64,000 bases of DNA from Planctomycetota bacterium (lineage in GTDB: Bacteria > Planctomycetota > SZUA-567 > H5-PLA8): positions 1 to 64,000 of the forward strand of contig BTVV01000005.1 of assembly GCA_045863855.1 (NCBI GenBank), given 5' to 3'. The position numbers and the translations under genes are program-made. Below are positions 43,896 to 52,749 of this stretch, piece by piece. Below the pieces are notes generated by a model. The model did not search any database. It was not told where the DNA came from and saw only the letters and a program-made list of their open reading frames with translations. Positions within the stretch are counted from its first letter, which is position 1. Each line of letters opens with the position of its first letter.

Positions 43896-46800
43896 ATGCG
43901 ACAGACACGTTGGTGGCCTGGAGTGGCGGGGCTGGTGTTGAGCATGGTGGCGGGCCCTGCTTGCGCGGGACAAGCGCCTAATCGAGGAGCGGAAGAAGCC
44001 GCGCCCGCGGCCGAAGATGCGACGCCGGGACTGATCGGGCGGCGCATGGTCCACAACGCCAGCCGGCTCAAGGTAGCCACCGAGAATGCGTGGACGATGC
44101 GTGCCGACGGGCAGGTGCCGGTCGGCAGCCTCACGGCCAAGCAGCCGGGACAGGACACTCCGGCCGTCCTGGGATTGCGCGACCTCGAAGTCTGCACGCA
44201 GATCGAAGGCCTCGCCGCGCGCACCACCGTCACGCATGTCTTTTCGAATCAAACCGACGCGACGCTGGAGGGCGTCTTTACATTTTCGCTCCCGGCGGAC
44301 GCCGCGGTGGACCGATTCGCGATGACGATCTTCAGCGAACACGACCTTATGGAAGCAAGTCTGGTCGAAGCGGGCCGCGCACGCAGCGCGTACGAGCAGA
44401 TCGTGTACGGTTCGCCGATAGTGGTCGACCCGGGGCTGCTGGAATGGGTGAATGCGCATACGTTCCGCGCGACGATCTTCCCGATTCCGGCACAGGGCAC
44501 CAAGACGATCGTCCTCTCGTACGTGCAGATGTTAACGCAGACGGTGCGGCCAGACGGAAGCCTGGAAGTGCGCTACCGGCATCCGCTCAGCGCAGCGGAC
44601 GCGGAAGGCCCGCAGGCGCTTCCGGCTTCGCGAGTGGCGCTGCGTGCGCATGTTCACGGCTGGCCGAAGGGCACGCAGGTTTCCGCGTCGCACGGCGCGA
44701 AGGCCGAGCCGGGCGTCTTCGGAGATCTGCGGCTGGGCGCGGATCTGGCGCAGGGAACGGCGCTTACCGACGCATGGGCGCTGACGCTGATCGCGCCGGC
44801 GGGCGAGGCGCGCGAATGCGCGATGCAGGCGTATCGCCCGAACGGTTCCGAACCTGGGCGCTTCGCGCTGACGCTGACGCCGCGCGCGGCGGCCGCGGAC
44901 GAACCCGTGGACGTGCTCTTCCTGGTGGATACTTCGGCGAGCCGAAAGGGCACGGAACTGAACGCGCACACGGCGCTGATCGAAGCGGCGCTGAAAGGCC
45001 TGCGCGCCAACGACCGTTTTGCGGTTCTTGCCTACGACGTTCATGCTCGCGCATGCCCCGGCGGCTGGCAGACACCGACGCTGACGTCGATTCAAGCGGC
45101 GGTGGAATGGCTGAGTGCGATTCATCCGCTGGGCGCGACGGACGTGGCCGGCGCACTGCGCACGGCGGCGCAGGAGTTCGTACCGGGCGCGCGGGGGCGT
45201 TCGCGCGTGGTCCTGCTGGGCGACATCGAAGCGACGTACGGCGAGCGCGCACCGGACGCGCTGCGCAAGGAGATGCTGGCTTTGCAGGACGCGCTGAAGG
45301 CCGAATGGATCGCGATCTGTCCGGGCATCGGCGGCACGGAAAGCAGCGCACGCGGGGAGGCATGGCGCAAGCTGGTGGAAGTGACGAACGGGCCGGTCCT
45401 GAATCTCGGCGCCGAAGGCGATCCTGTGGCGCTGGGCCGGACGGTGGCCGAACGGCTGCGCCTGCCGGTGTTGCGCGATGTGAGCATCGTCGTGAGCCAG
45501 TTGGGCGGCACCTCATGTTCGTTGGCCGAGCCGGCGCTGGCCGGGCGCTGGGCGAACGTAAGCACGACGCTGTACGGAAGCTACGTGCAGGCCGGGACGG
45601 CAACGGTGCGGCTGGATGGAACGCTGGACGGTCTGGCGTACTCGAAGGAATGGCAAGTCGAGTTGCCCGCGACCGAGTCGGCGAATCGCGCGACGGGACG
45701 CCTGTGGGCTCGCGCGCGCCTGAACGCGTTGACCGGCGCGCAACCGGAAACCAAAGCGGAGGCTTTGCAGGTGGCGTTGGAGCAGCATGTGCTGAGTCCG
45801 CTGACGGCGTTCCTCGTACTGGAGAGCGAACGGATGTTCCAGGATTTCAACATCGCCCGTCCGGACACGGAGCAAATGCGCACCGATATGGCCGGCCGCA
45901 CGCTCATGGGCGGCGTACGCGCGGCGCCGGCGCTGGAAATCGGCGTGGCTGCGAACCGCAGGGTGTTCGCGGCGCAGCCGATTCCTCCGCTGCCAAACGG
46001 CATGCACGGCAGCGCATTGAACGGTCCGGTCGACGTAGGCGGCGTGCGCGTGATCCTGGGCTTACAGAAAGTCGAGGTCGCTCAGCGGCAGGAGCCGAAC
46101 GGCCGTCCGCTGACGGACTTCGAACGCTTCGAGCGCCGCTTTAAGCTGACGCGGATGTTGGCTAGCGCACGCGGGCTGCCCTTCGAGCCCGAGACGGCGT
46201 TGCCGCAGAAGTGGCTCCAGCCGGTTGTGTTCTCGGGCGAAGGACTTGAGCGCATGATCCGGCGCTACCAAGGCGCCGGCGACTCGTTCATCTGGTCGGC
46301 GCTTTCGCGCCAGCCTTCCGCCGCGCCGGAGACTTGGCGCGGCGCTTGGGAAGCCCCGCCCGCGGACGAACAGAACCTGGCCCGGCTGGCCGACCCGCGC
46401 GATCGTTCGCGCCTTCACCTCGACGAGCGGGACGAATCGTTCTCGCTGCGCTCGAACGAGTTCGCACACTACCTGCTGGCGGCGATCTCGAGCGCGGGAG
46501 CGTATCCGATTCCCGAAGCGAGCGAGCTGCAGCGGCAGCTCAAAACGGTGCGTGAACGCGTCTACGACCTGCGAACGATTCCGGCGGAATCGAAGATCGC
46601 GACGTACAACTTCCTGGCTGAGTTGATGCTGTCCGAGGGCCAGACGAAGGCGGCGCTGGCGTGCGCCGAGCGCGCACTGGCCGGCGAGAAGACGCTGCGC
46701 AGCGCGAACGATCCGCGCCCGGCTCGGCTGAGCCATCTGCTGAAGGCGCTGGCACACCATCTACGCACCGAATACCCGCAGGCCGCGGCGGAGTACCGCG

Positions 46801-47090
46801 CGCTGCTGGACGGCGGCGCGGCGGTGGCGGCCGAACACCGTGATGCGGTGTATTGGGCGCTGCTGATGGCGATGGTGCAGGGCGGGGACAAGGACGGCGG
46901 TATTGCGGTGCTCGAACGCTGGTGCAAGGAAAGCCTGTACCGAAAGGAACTGTGCGAAGAATTGGGCAAGGGCTACCTGATGGTGGAGCGCGTGGACGAC
47001 GCCATCCGCGCGTTCTCGACGCGGGCGGAGTTCGACCCGCAGCTTGGCGAGGCCGTGGCTTCGCCGGCGGGCTTCCTGCCCAAGCAGTAA
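43896..47090 (+). CDS. secreted VIT-vWA domain protein with C-terminal TPR
   Basis: GGAGGA RBS; VIT (LEGVFTFSLPADAAVDRFAM, ARSAYEQIV, DPGLLEW, IFPIP); vWA MIDAS DTSAS, GATD; LWAR..I/L; LSPLTAFLVLE. Confidence 0.85.
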   Translation: MRQTRWWPGVAGLVLSMVAGPACAGQAPNRGAEEAAPAAEDATPGLIGRRMVHNASRLKVATENAWTMRADGQVPVGSLTAKQPGQDTPAVLGLRDLEVCTQIEGLAARTTVTHVFSNQTDATLEGVFTFSLPADAAVDRFAMTIFSEHDLMEASLVEAGRARSAYEQIVYGSPIVVDPGLLEWVNAHTFRATIFPIPAQGTKTIVLSYVQMLTQTVRPDGSLEVRYRHPLSAADAEGPQALPASRVALRAHVHGWPKGTQVSASHGAKAEPGVFGDLRLGADLAQGTALTDAWALTLIAPAGEARECAMQAYRPNGSEPGRFALTLTPRAAAADEPVDVLFLVDTSASRKGTELNAHTALIEAALKGLRANDRFAVLAYDVHARACPGGWQTPTLTSIQAAVEWLSAIHPLGATDVAGALRTAAQEFVPGARGRSRVVLLGDIEATYGERAPDALRKEMLALQDALKAEWIAICPGIGGTESSARGEAWRKLVEVTNGPVLNLGAEGDPVALGRTVAERLRLPVLRDVSIVVSQLGGTSCSLAEPALAGRWANVSTTLYGSYVQAGTATVRLDGTLDGLAYSKEWQVELPATESANRATGRLWARARLNALTGAQPETKAEALQVALEQHVLSPLTAFLVLESERMFQDFNIARPDTEQMRTDMAGRTLMGGVRAAPALEIGVAANRRVFAAQPIPPLPNGMHGSALNGPVDVGGVRVILGLQKVEVAQRQEPNGRPLTDFERFERRFKLTRMLASARGLPFEPETALPQKWLQPVVFSGEGLERMIRRYQGAGDSFIWSALSRQPSAAPETWRGAWEAPPADEQNLARLADPRDRSRLHLDERDESFSLRSNEFAHYLLAAISSAGAYPIPEASELQRQLKTVRERVYDLRTIPAESKIATYNFLAELMLSEGQTKAALACAERALAGEKTLRSANDPRPARLSHLLKALAHHLRTEYPQAAAEYRALLDGGAAVAAEHRDAVYWALLMAMVQGGDKDGGIAVLERWCKESLYRKELCEELGKGYLMVERVDDAIRAFSTRAEFDPQLGEAVASPAGFLPKQ

Positions 47091-47115
47091 GTGCTGGTTA
47101 AGTACGAGGATCTCG

Positions 47116-47148
47116 AAACGGGCGGCCCGAGCGGCTGCCCGTTTTTTT
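47116..47148 (+). terminator. intrinsic terminator
   Basis: AAACGGGCGGCC-CGAGC-GGCTGCCCGTTTTTTT. Confidence 0.85.
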
Positions 47149-47183
47149 GGCTGCACCGGGTTCCTCTTCGAGTCGGCTTTAAT

Positions 47184-47203
47184 ACTTAGGTATTAACCTA
47201 AGT
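47184..47203. promoter_or_regulatory. palindromic operator, likely bound by the adjacent ArsR regulator
   Basis: Perfect inverted repeat ACTTAGGT-ATTA-ACCTAAGT, 25 nt upstream of the ArsR gene. Confidence 0.7.
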
Positions 47204-47227
47204 GACGAGCCGGGCTATGTTCACCGC

Positions 47228-47566
47228 ATGACCGCTGCCGCTCCCCCCATGGACGCCGTCTTTCGTGCGCTGGGCGATCCCACCCGGCGGCGAGTCGTAG
47301 AACGGTTGAGCCGGCGGCCGGCGACCGTTACCGAGTTGGCGGAACCGTTCGAGATGGCGCTGCCTTCGTTCGTGCAACATATGCGCGTACTGGAAGATTG
47401 CGGACTGGTGCGGTCGAAAAAGCAGGGGCGGGTTCGTACGTACGAGCTGGCTCCGGAACGGCTGAAACTGGCGGAAGACTGGTTGCTGAAACAGCGCACT
47501 CTCTGGGTGCAGCGCCTGGATCAGCTCGACGGATACCTCACCAAACTCAAGGAGAACGGTACATGA
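47228..47566 (+). CDS. ArsR/SmtB family transcriptional regulator
   Basis: [47 protein letters not shown]. Confidence 0.92.
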   Translation: MTAAAPPMDAVFRALGDPTRRRVVERLSRRPATVTELAEPFEMALPSFVQHMRVLEDCGLVRSKKQGRVRTYELAPERLKLAEDWLLKQRTLWVQRLDQLDGYLTKLKENGT

Positions 47567-48045
47567 CGGCTTCCAAGCATTCGAACGTCGATCCCAAGCT
47601 GGACCTGGTGCTGGAACGCATCGTGGACGTGCCGCCGGAATTGGTCTGGGCGGCGTGGACGAAGCCGGAGCACCTGAAAGAATGGTTCACGCCGCGGCCG
47701 TGGACGGTTTCCGAAGTCGAACTGGATGTGCGGCCGGGCGGCATCTTCCGGACGGTCATGTGTTCTCCGGAAGGAAAAGAGTTTCCCAACGTGGGCATTT
47801 ACCTGGAAGTGGTGCCGAACAAGCGCCTGGTTTTCACGGACGCGCTGCTGCCGGGGTACCGCCCCGCCCCCAACCCGTTCATGACGGCGATCGTGACGCT
47901 GGAAGCGCACGGAAAAGGGACGCGCTACGTCGCTACGGCGCTGCATCGCGACGAGGCCGCGCGTGAACAGCACGAGAAGATGGGCTTCCACGACGGCTGG
48001 GGCAAAGCGTTGGACCAGTTGGTGGCGCTGGCGAAGACGCTGTAA
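47563..48045 (+). CDS. SRPBCC/AHSA1-like START domain protein
   Basis: ATGA overlap, [60 protein letters not shown]. Confidence 0.9.
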   Translation: MTASKHSNVDPKLDLVLERIVDVPPELVWAAWTKPEHLKEWFTPRPWTVSEVELDVRPGGIFRTVMCSPEGKEFPNVGIYLEVVPNKRLVFTDALLPGYRPAPNPFMTAIVTLEAHGKGTRYVATALHRDEAAREQHEKMGFHDGWGKALDQLVALAKTL

Positions 48046-48057
48046 CGCCGAACCGAG

Positions 48058-49644
48058 TCAGGGAGCGGTGCGTTCAACCGAACCGCTGCGTGCGGGGTTT
48101 CCGCCAGGCATAGGCCAGTCCTCGGGAGCCGAGAGGCCGGTGTAGATCGCGTGCAGTTTATTGTCGCTCGAGGCGACGAAGGCCAGGTCGCCGGAAACGG
48201 CCAGTCCCGAGCAGCCATTGCATGCCGCCGTCCAGTGGCGCGCTCCGGTGGCCACGTCAAAGGCCGCTAAGGCGCCGCCATGCCGCGTACCGGCCAGGAT
48301 CGTTTCGCCCAGCACGATAGGTCCGGCGAACATGCTCCCGCCCAACTCCTGCCGCCAGCGCTCGTGCCCGGTCTTGGCGTCCAGCGCCCGTAATCGCCCC
48401 TTGGCTCCGAGATGGATCAGCATCCCGTTGCGGTACGCGAACTCGTTGCGCCACATGGACGGTCCTTCGGCGGCCCAGACGCGTTTACCGTCGGCCAGAT
48501 TCAGCGCGAAGATTCCTTCATCGCCCGCGACAAATACGCGCTCGCCGGCCACCAGCGGGGTCACGCCACACTTCTTCAATATATTGAATCGCCAACGTTC
48601 GGCGCCGGTTTCCGCATCGAGCGCCACGGCGCCGCCCTCACGAAGGCCGACTACGATGAGTCCTTGGGCCCAGGCCGGCGCCGAGAAGGCGGAAGGGCCG
48701 ATCTGAGCATCCCAAATTTTCTCGCCGGTCTTGGAGTTACACGCGAGAAAGGTTCCCGACCAAGTTGCGCAATACACGCGGCCGTTGACCACCAGCGGCG
48801 AGGAGTCTCCGCCGCCGGTTGTCTGGCGCCAGACTTCGGTTCCGGTTTGCGCCTCCAGCGCCACGAGAGCGGAATTGGGCTTCTTTCCGGTCGCGTTGAT
48901 AAAGACCAGCCCTTCGCTTATGGCCGGTTCGGACTCAACCAGGTGATTGGGAAAGCTCCACAGGAATTTGCCACTGGCGGTGTCGAAGGTTTGGATACCT
49001 CGATTACCGCCGGTAGAAACGTACACCCAACCGCCTTGAACGCTCAACGAGCCCAAGGACTGCAACCCCTCAATGTCCACGCTCCAGCGCGGCAGGCCGG
49101 GCGTCCAGTAGGCGATCAGCGATTGCAGCCGCGCGCGCGCGTCCAGGTCTTCGTTGCGTTCCAACAACTCCTTAAGCAGCGGCAGGAAGGCGCGGCCCAC
49201 CCCCGGTTGCCGCAGGTGGAACGAGAGCGCTTGGGACGCTTGCTCGCGAACCTCCGGGTTTTCGTCGGCCAGCAGCGCGACGAGCCTCCGCACGTCCGCT
49301 TCCGAGAATGGTTTCGGGGGCTTGGGTTCTTCGCCGGACGCCGGTAAATCGGGCTGATCCTTCGAGCCGGAGACGGAACGAGGCGGCTCGGGCGGCGCGG
49401 CATCGAGCAGGACCAGAAACAGCACGGCCGCCGCGGCAACCAGTCCGGAAGCCACCCACAAGTCATGCGGACGCGATTCCGGATGCGCGTGCGGCGCGTG
49501 ACCGGCATCCAAGCGCGCGCGTACGCGGTCCAGCGAGCCCGAGGGCTTCAGGAGCGCGCGTACGCGGGCTTCGGTCGCGGCGCTTTCGGGGTCGAGCGGT
49601 TCATCAGCGGCAGACATGGGCGGCTCCCTTAAAGATTCGTTCAT
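48058..49644 (-). CDS. putative anti-sigma factor with TM helix, HEAT-like helices and PQQ-type (BamB-like) beta-propeller
   Basis: ATGA overlap with the ECF (alternative start 49617). TM LWVASGLVAAAAVLFLVLL; repeated A(L/F)DxxTGxxxW blades. Confidence 0.75.
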   Translation of the reverse strand: MNESLREPPMSAADEPLDPESAATEARVRALLKPSGSLDRVRARLDAGHAPHAHPESRPHDLWVASGLVAAAAVLFLVLLDAAPPEPPRSVSGSKDQPDLPASGEEPKPPKPFSEADVRRLVALLADENPEVREQASQALSFHLRQPGVGRAFLPLLKELLERNEDLDARARLQSLIAYWTPGLPRWSVDIEGLQSLGSLSVQGGWVYVSTGGNRGIQTFDTASGKFLWSFPNHLVESEPAISEGLVFINATGKKPNSALVALEAQTGTEVWRQTTGGGDSSPLVVNGRVYCATWSGTFLACNSKTGEKIWDAQIGPSAFSAPAWAQGLIVVGLREGGAVALDAETGAERWRFNILKKCGVTPLVAGERVFVAGDEGIFALNLADGKRVWAAEGPSMWRNEFAYRNGMLIHLGAKGRLRALDAKTGHERWRQELGGSMFAGPIVLGETILAGTRHGGALAAFDVATGARHWTAACNGCSGLAVSGDLAFVASSDNKLHAIYTGLSAPEDWPMPGGNPARSGSVERTAP

Positions 49645-50123
49645 TGAAAAGCAGCCAGCGCCGAGCGCAGGCGTTCCACGGCTCGAGCGTGCTGTTTGTA
49701 GACGCTGGGTAAGGGGCGCCCCAGCGTTTCGGCGATCTCTTGAAAGGTCAGCATCCCGAAAATGCGCAGCGTGACGATCTCGCGGTCTTCGTCCGGCAGA
49801 TTTTCGAGCGCTTCCCGCACCGCATGCGCGGCCAGTGGATCGGCAGTGGACGCCGCTTGCCAAGGCTCGGCCGCGCGTGCGTTGTGGCGGCGGGCCGTGG
49901 CTTCGTCGCGCAGGGCGGAGAGCGAGAGCCGGTTCGCAGCTTGGTACAGATAGGCTTTGGGATTCCTGATTCGCGCGGGGTCGGCTTGCCGCCGATAGGC
50001 GACGAAGACATCGTGCAGGAGGTCCTCGGCCCACGCCGCGTTTTTCAGGCGACTGCAGAGAAAGGCCAGGAGGCCCGGTGCATGCGCCTCGTACAGGCCG
50101 CCCCAATCCGGAACGCCGCTCAT
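49641..50123 (-). CDS. ECF RNA polymerase sigma factor
   Basis: AEDLLHDVF, KAYLYQAANR, LENLPDEDREIVTLRIFGMLTFQEIAETLG. Confidence 0.9.
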   Translation of the reverse strand: MSGVPDWGGLYEAHAPGLLAFLCSRLKNAAWAEDLLHDVFVAYRRQADPARIRNPKAYLYQAANRLSLSALRDEATARRHNARAAEPWQAASTADPLAAHAVREALENLPDEDREIVTLRIFGMLTFQEIAETLGRPLPSVYKQHARAVERLRSALAAFQ

Positions 50124-50145
50124 CTCGAAAAAGCTTCCCCGCGCC

Positions 50146-50173
50146 AGACGCACCCAGCCTGAGGGCCGTTTCA
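50146..50173 (-). promoter_or_regulatory. putative ECF autoregulatory promoter TGAAAC-N17-CGTCT
   Basis: AAC/CGT ECF consensus about 22 nt upstream of the ECF start. Confidence 0.6.
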
Positions 50174-50298
50174 GCGTACCGAGTTCGCCTTCCCGCCGCT
50201 TGACGCACTCCATCGTCGGAAACCTCACCGGGTCCGTGGGTCTATGCAATCCAGGACACGGAGGAGGGCGTTTTTTTTTCTGAAATCGGGGAAGAACG

Positions 50299-52749
50299 CT
50301 ATTTGCCGAGATCTTCGGGGCGGAGCTGCATGTCCTTGCGTGCGTGCTGGCCGATCTGAACTTCGGGCGGCTTGCCGGCGATGAGCGTCACGCGGATGTC
50401 GCCGCGGCGGAGGTTGATCCAGTCGGCGTCACCGGCGGACTTGTCCTTGGCGGAGCGATGCAGTTCGGCCAGAACGAACCCGGCGGCGACGTGTTCGCCA
50501 TTGCGGACAAGCTGTTCTTCGCCGTTGGGGTTCTGGAGCACCGCCGCGACGGGATTGCCGTCGGCGGTGAGAACTTCGATCACTTTGTAATTCTTGACGA
50601 TCTCGAGCTGGTACTTGAAGACTTCCTTGTCGTACTGCGGCCAGCGGGTGGTTTTGTCGTCGGGCAGGCTTTCCAGCACCAAGGTGTCGTCTTCGCCTTT
50701 GAGCAGCCGCGCGGCGGCGAGCATGGTAAGGAGTTCGTTGATATCGGGCTGCGCGCCGCGCAGGGCCGGCGGCAGGGCATCGGGTGTCTTGGCGCCTCGC
50801 GCGGCGTCGAGGATCGCGGGCACGGCCTCCTTGTATTCGAGGCGCGTGAGCGCCACGGCAGCGGCTTGCCGGACCTGCGAGCTGGAATCGCGGAGCGCTT
50901 CGACCAGTTGCGCGGCGTACTCGCGCCGGCGCAGGGAGCCGATCACGTTGGCGGCCATCTGGCGCTCGAAGACGCCGCCTTCGCGCAGCGCGCGGCCCAG
51001 GAAAGGGACGCCTTCGTCGCTGCCGAGCAGGCCCATGCCGATGGCGGCGCGGCGGCGCTGGCGTTCGTCGCCGCTGCCGAGCCGCCCGTGCAGCAGCGGG
51101 AGGGCGCGCGCGGGGCCGGCTTGGGGCAGCATGAAGAGCGCAGTGGTCCAGACTTCCTCGAAGGGCGAATCCAGCGCCGTGACGATGAAACCGACGGTGT
51201 CGGGCCCGCCAAGCGCCACGATGCCGTACATGCCTAGAACCTGAATCTGCGGCAAGGGATGGCTCATGCAGCGGATCAGGTGCTCGCGCCCGGCGCTTTC
51301 GCCCAAGCGCGCCAGCGAGACGGCGGCATTGGCCTGGACGACTTCGACCTCGTCTTTGGATTGCAGGAGCGCCTTGAGCGGATCGATGGCGCGGCGGTCG
51401 CCCAGCCAGCCGAGGGCTTCGCAATACGCGGCGCGGACGGGGAAATTGCGTTCGGTTTCGAGGCGCTTGAGCATGCCGCGGGCGGCGGCTTCGACGCGCA
51501 ACTGCCCCAGCGATCGCGCGGCGGCCACGCGGGTGTTCGGCTCGGTGGAATCGAGCGCCGCTTCCAGCGCGGCGGCCGTCTCGGGCTGCGCGGGCGGCAG
51601 ATTGCCCAGCACGCCGGCGGCCAGCGCGATCAGCAGCCCGTTCGTCTTGAGTTCGCGGACGAGGTGCGGGACCGCTTCGGTGCGCTGGCGGGCGGAGGCG
51701 TAGCGGAAGGCCCATTCGCGTTCGACCATATCCTTGGCGGTCAAACCGCGGCGGTAGCGTTCTTCGTACGCCGCTTCGAACTCGGCTTCGGTGCGCGGTG
51801 GAAGGCGCTCGGGCACGCTGGCCACGCCGCTCAGCGCCGGAGCGTTCGAATCTTCTTCGGGGAGCGTCGCGATGGCGCCCGCGGCCGTTTCTTTAGGCGG
51901 CGCGGTCTCTTCGAGCTCGATCACCTTGGCCTTGTTGTCGCCGGTCTTCTCGCGGGCTTTTTCTTGAGCGCGCGCTTCTTCTTCGGCCTGCAGGCGCATC
52001 ATTTCGCCCTGGACGCGGCGCAGCAACGAGTCCTTGCTCGAAGTTTCCGAGGCCTGCGAACTGGGTTTGCTGAGCGCCACGCCGGACGCCGCTGCGCCGC
52101 CGACTTCGAGCGTCGGGACGCTGCCGGGCTTGTCGCTCCCGAAGAGTTTTTCCCAGAAGCCGCGCCGCTTTTCGGGCGGCACGATGGGTTCGTTGGTGGG
52201 CAGGATGCGCATTCCGTCTTTGCCCGGTGCGGCGATCTGGTACAGGTTGTCGCCGCTTTTCTTCAGCGATCCTTTACCGGGATTGGGGAACTCGAATATC
52301 TTCGCGCCTTCGGTTGCTTCTTCTAAGGCGAGTGGCTCTTTGACGTACTCGCCCTGCTTGATCTTCTCGCGCGCTTTCGGATCCAGGTCCATCTTGACGA
52401 CCTTGACCCGGTCGTTGGTGGGGATGGCCAGGAACGGGGAACGCACGCCGCTGTCCTTCTCGTCTTCCTTCTTCTTCGCGGCTTTCTCTTCGTCCTTCTT
52501 TTTCTGCTCGTCTTCCTTCTCGCGCTTCTCGAGCGCCTTCTTCTGCGCTTCTTGAAATTGCGCGCGGACTTTCTGCTGATGCTCCTCGGTGGTGACGTTT
52601 TCTTCGGGGCCGCGGGGCAGGAAGGGGCTGACGTACTTCTCGCGCGAAGGCGCTTCGCCGGCGGAGAGATTCGCGGCGAACCACACCGCAGCCAGGCACG
52701 CCCAGCGGGCGTTCGTCAAAAAGCCGAGCGAGTGAAGACTTGCGCTCAC
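50299..52749 (-). CDS. exported HEAT/PBS-lyase repeat protein with C-terminal GspC/PilP-like beta domain
   Basis: Signal peptide; charged disordered region; repeats RVAAARSLG, RAAYCEALG, RRRAAIGMG, VRQAAAVAL; GTGA overlap with aroDE. Confidence 0.75.
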   Translation of the reverse strand: MSASLHSLGFLTNARWACLAAVWFAANLSAGEAPSREKYVSPFLPRGPEENVTTEEHQQKVRAQFQEAQKKALEKREKEDEQKKKDEEKAAKKKEDEKDSGVRSPFLAIPTNDRVKVVKMDLDPKAREKIKQGEYVKEPLALEEATEGAKIFEFPNPGKGSLKKSGDNLYQIAAPGKDGMRILPTNEPIVPPEKRRGFWEKLFGSDKPGSVPTLEVGGAAASGVALSKPSSQASETSSKDSLLRRVQGEMMRLQAEEEARAQEKAREKTGDNKAKVIELEETAPPKETAAGAIATLPEEDSNAPALSGVASVPERLPPRTEAEFEAAYEERYRRGLTAKDMVEREWAFRYASARQRTEAVPHLVRELKTNGLLIALAAGVLGNLPPAQPETAAALEAALDSTEPNTRVAAARSLGQLRVEAAARGMLKRLETERNFPVRAAYCEALGWLGDRRAIDPLKALLQSKDEVEVVQANAAVSLARLGESAGREHLIRCMSHPLPQIQVLGMYGIVALGGPDTVGFIVTALDSPFEEVWTTALFMLPQAGPARALPLLHGRLGSGDERQRRRAAIGMGLLGSDEGVPFLGRALREGGVFERQMAANVIGSLRRREYAAQLVEALRDSSSQVRQAAAVALTRLEYKEAVPAILDAARGAKTPDALPPALRGAQPDINELLTMLAAARLLKGEDDTLVLESLPDDKTTRWPQYDKEVFKYQLEIVKNYKVIEVLTADGNPVAAVLQNPNGEEQLVRNGEHVAAGFVLAELHRSAKDKSAGDADWINLRRGDIRVTLIAGKPPEVQIGQHARKDMQLRPEDLGK

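Noticed and set aside
48058..49644. PQQ-dependent dehydrogenase or true bamB
   Set aside because: Only generic propeller blades are seen; no lipobox or dehydrogenase features; coupled to an ECF gene.
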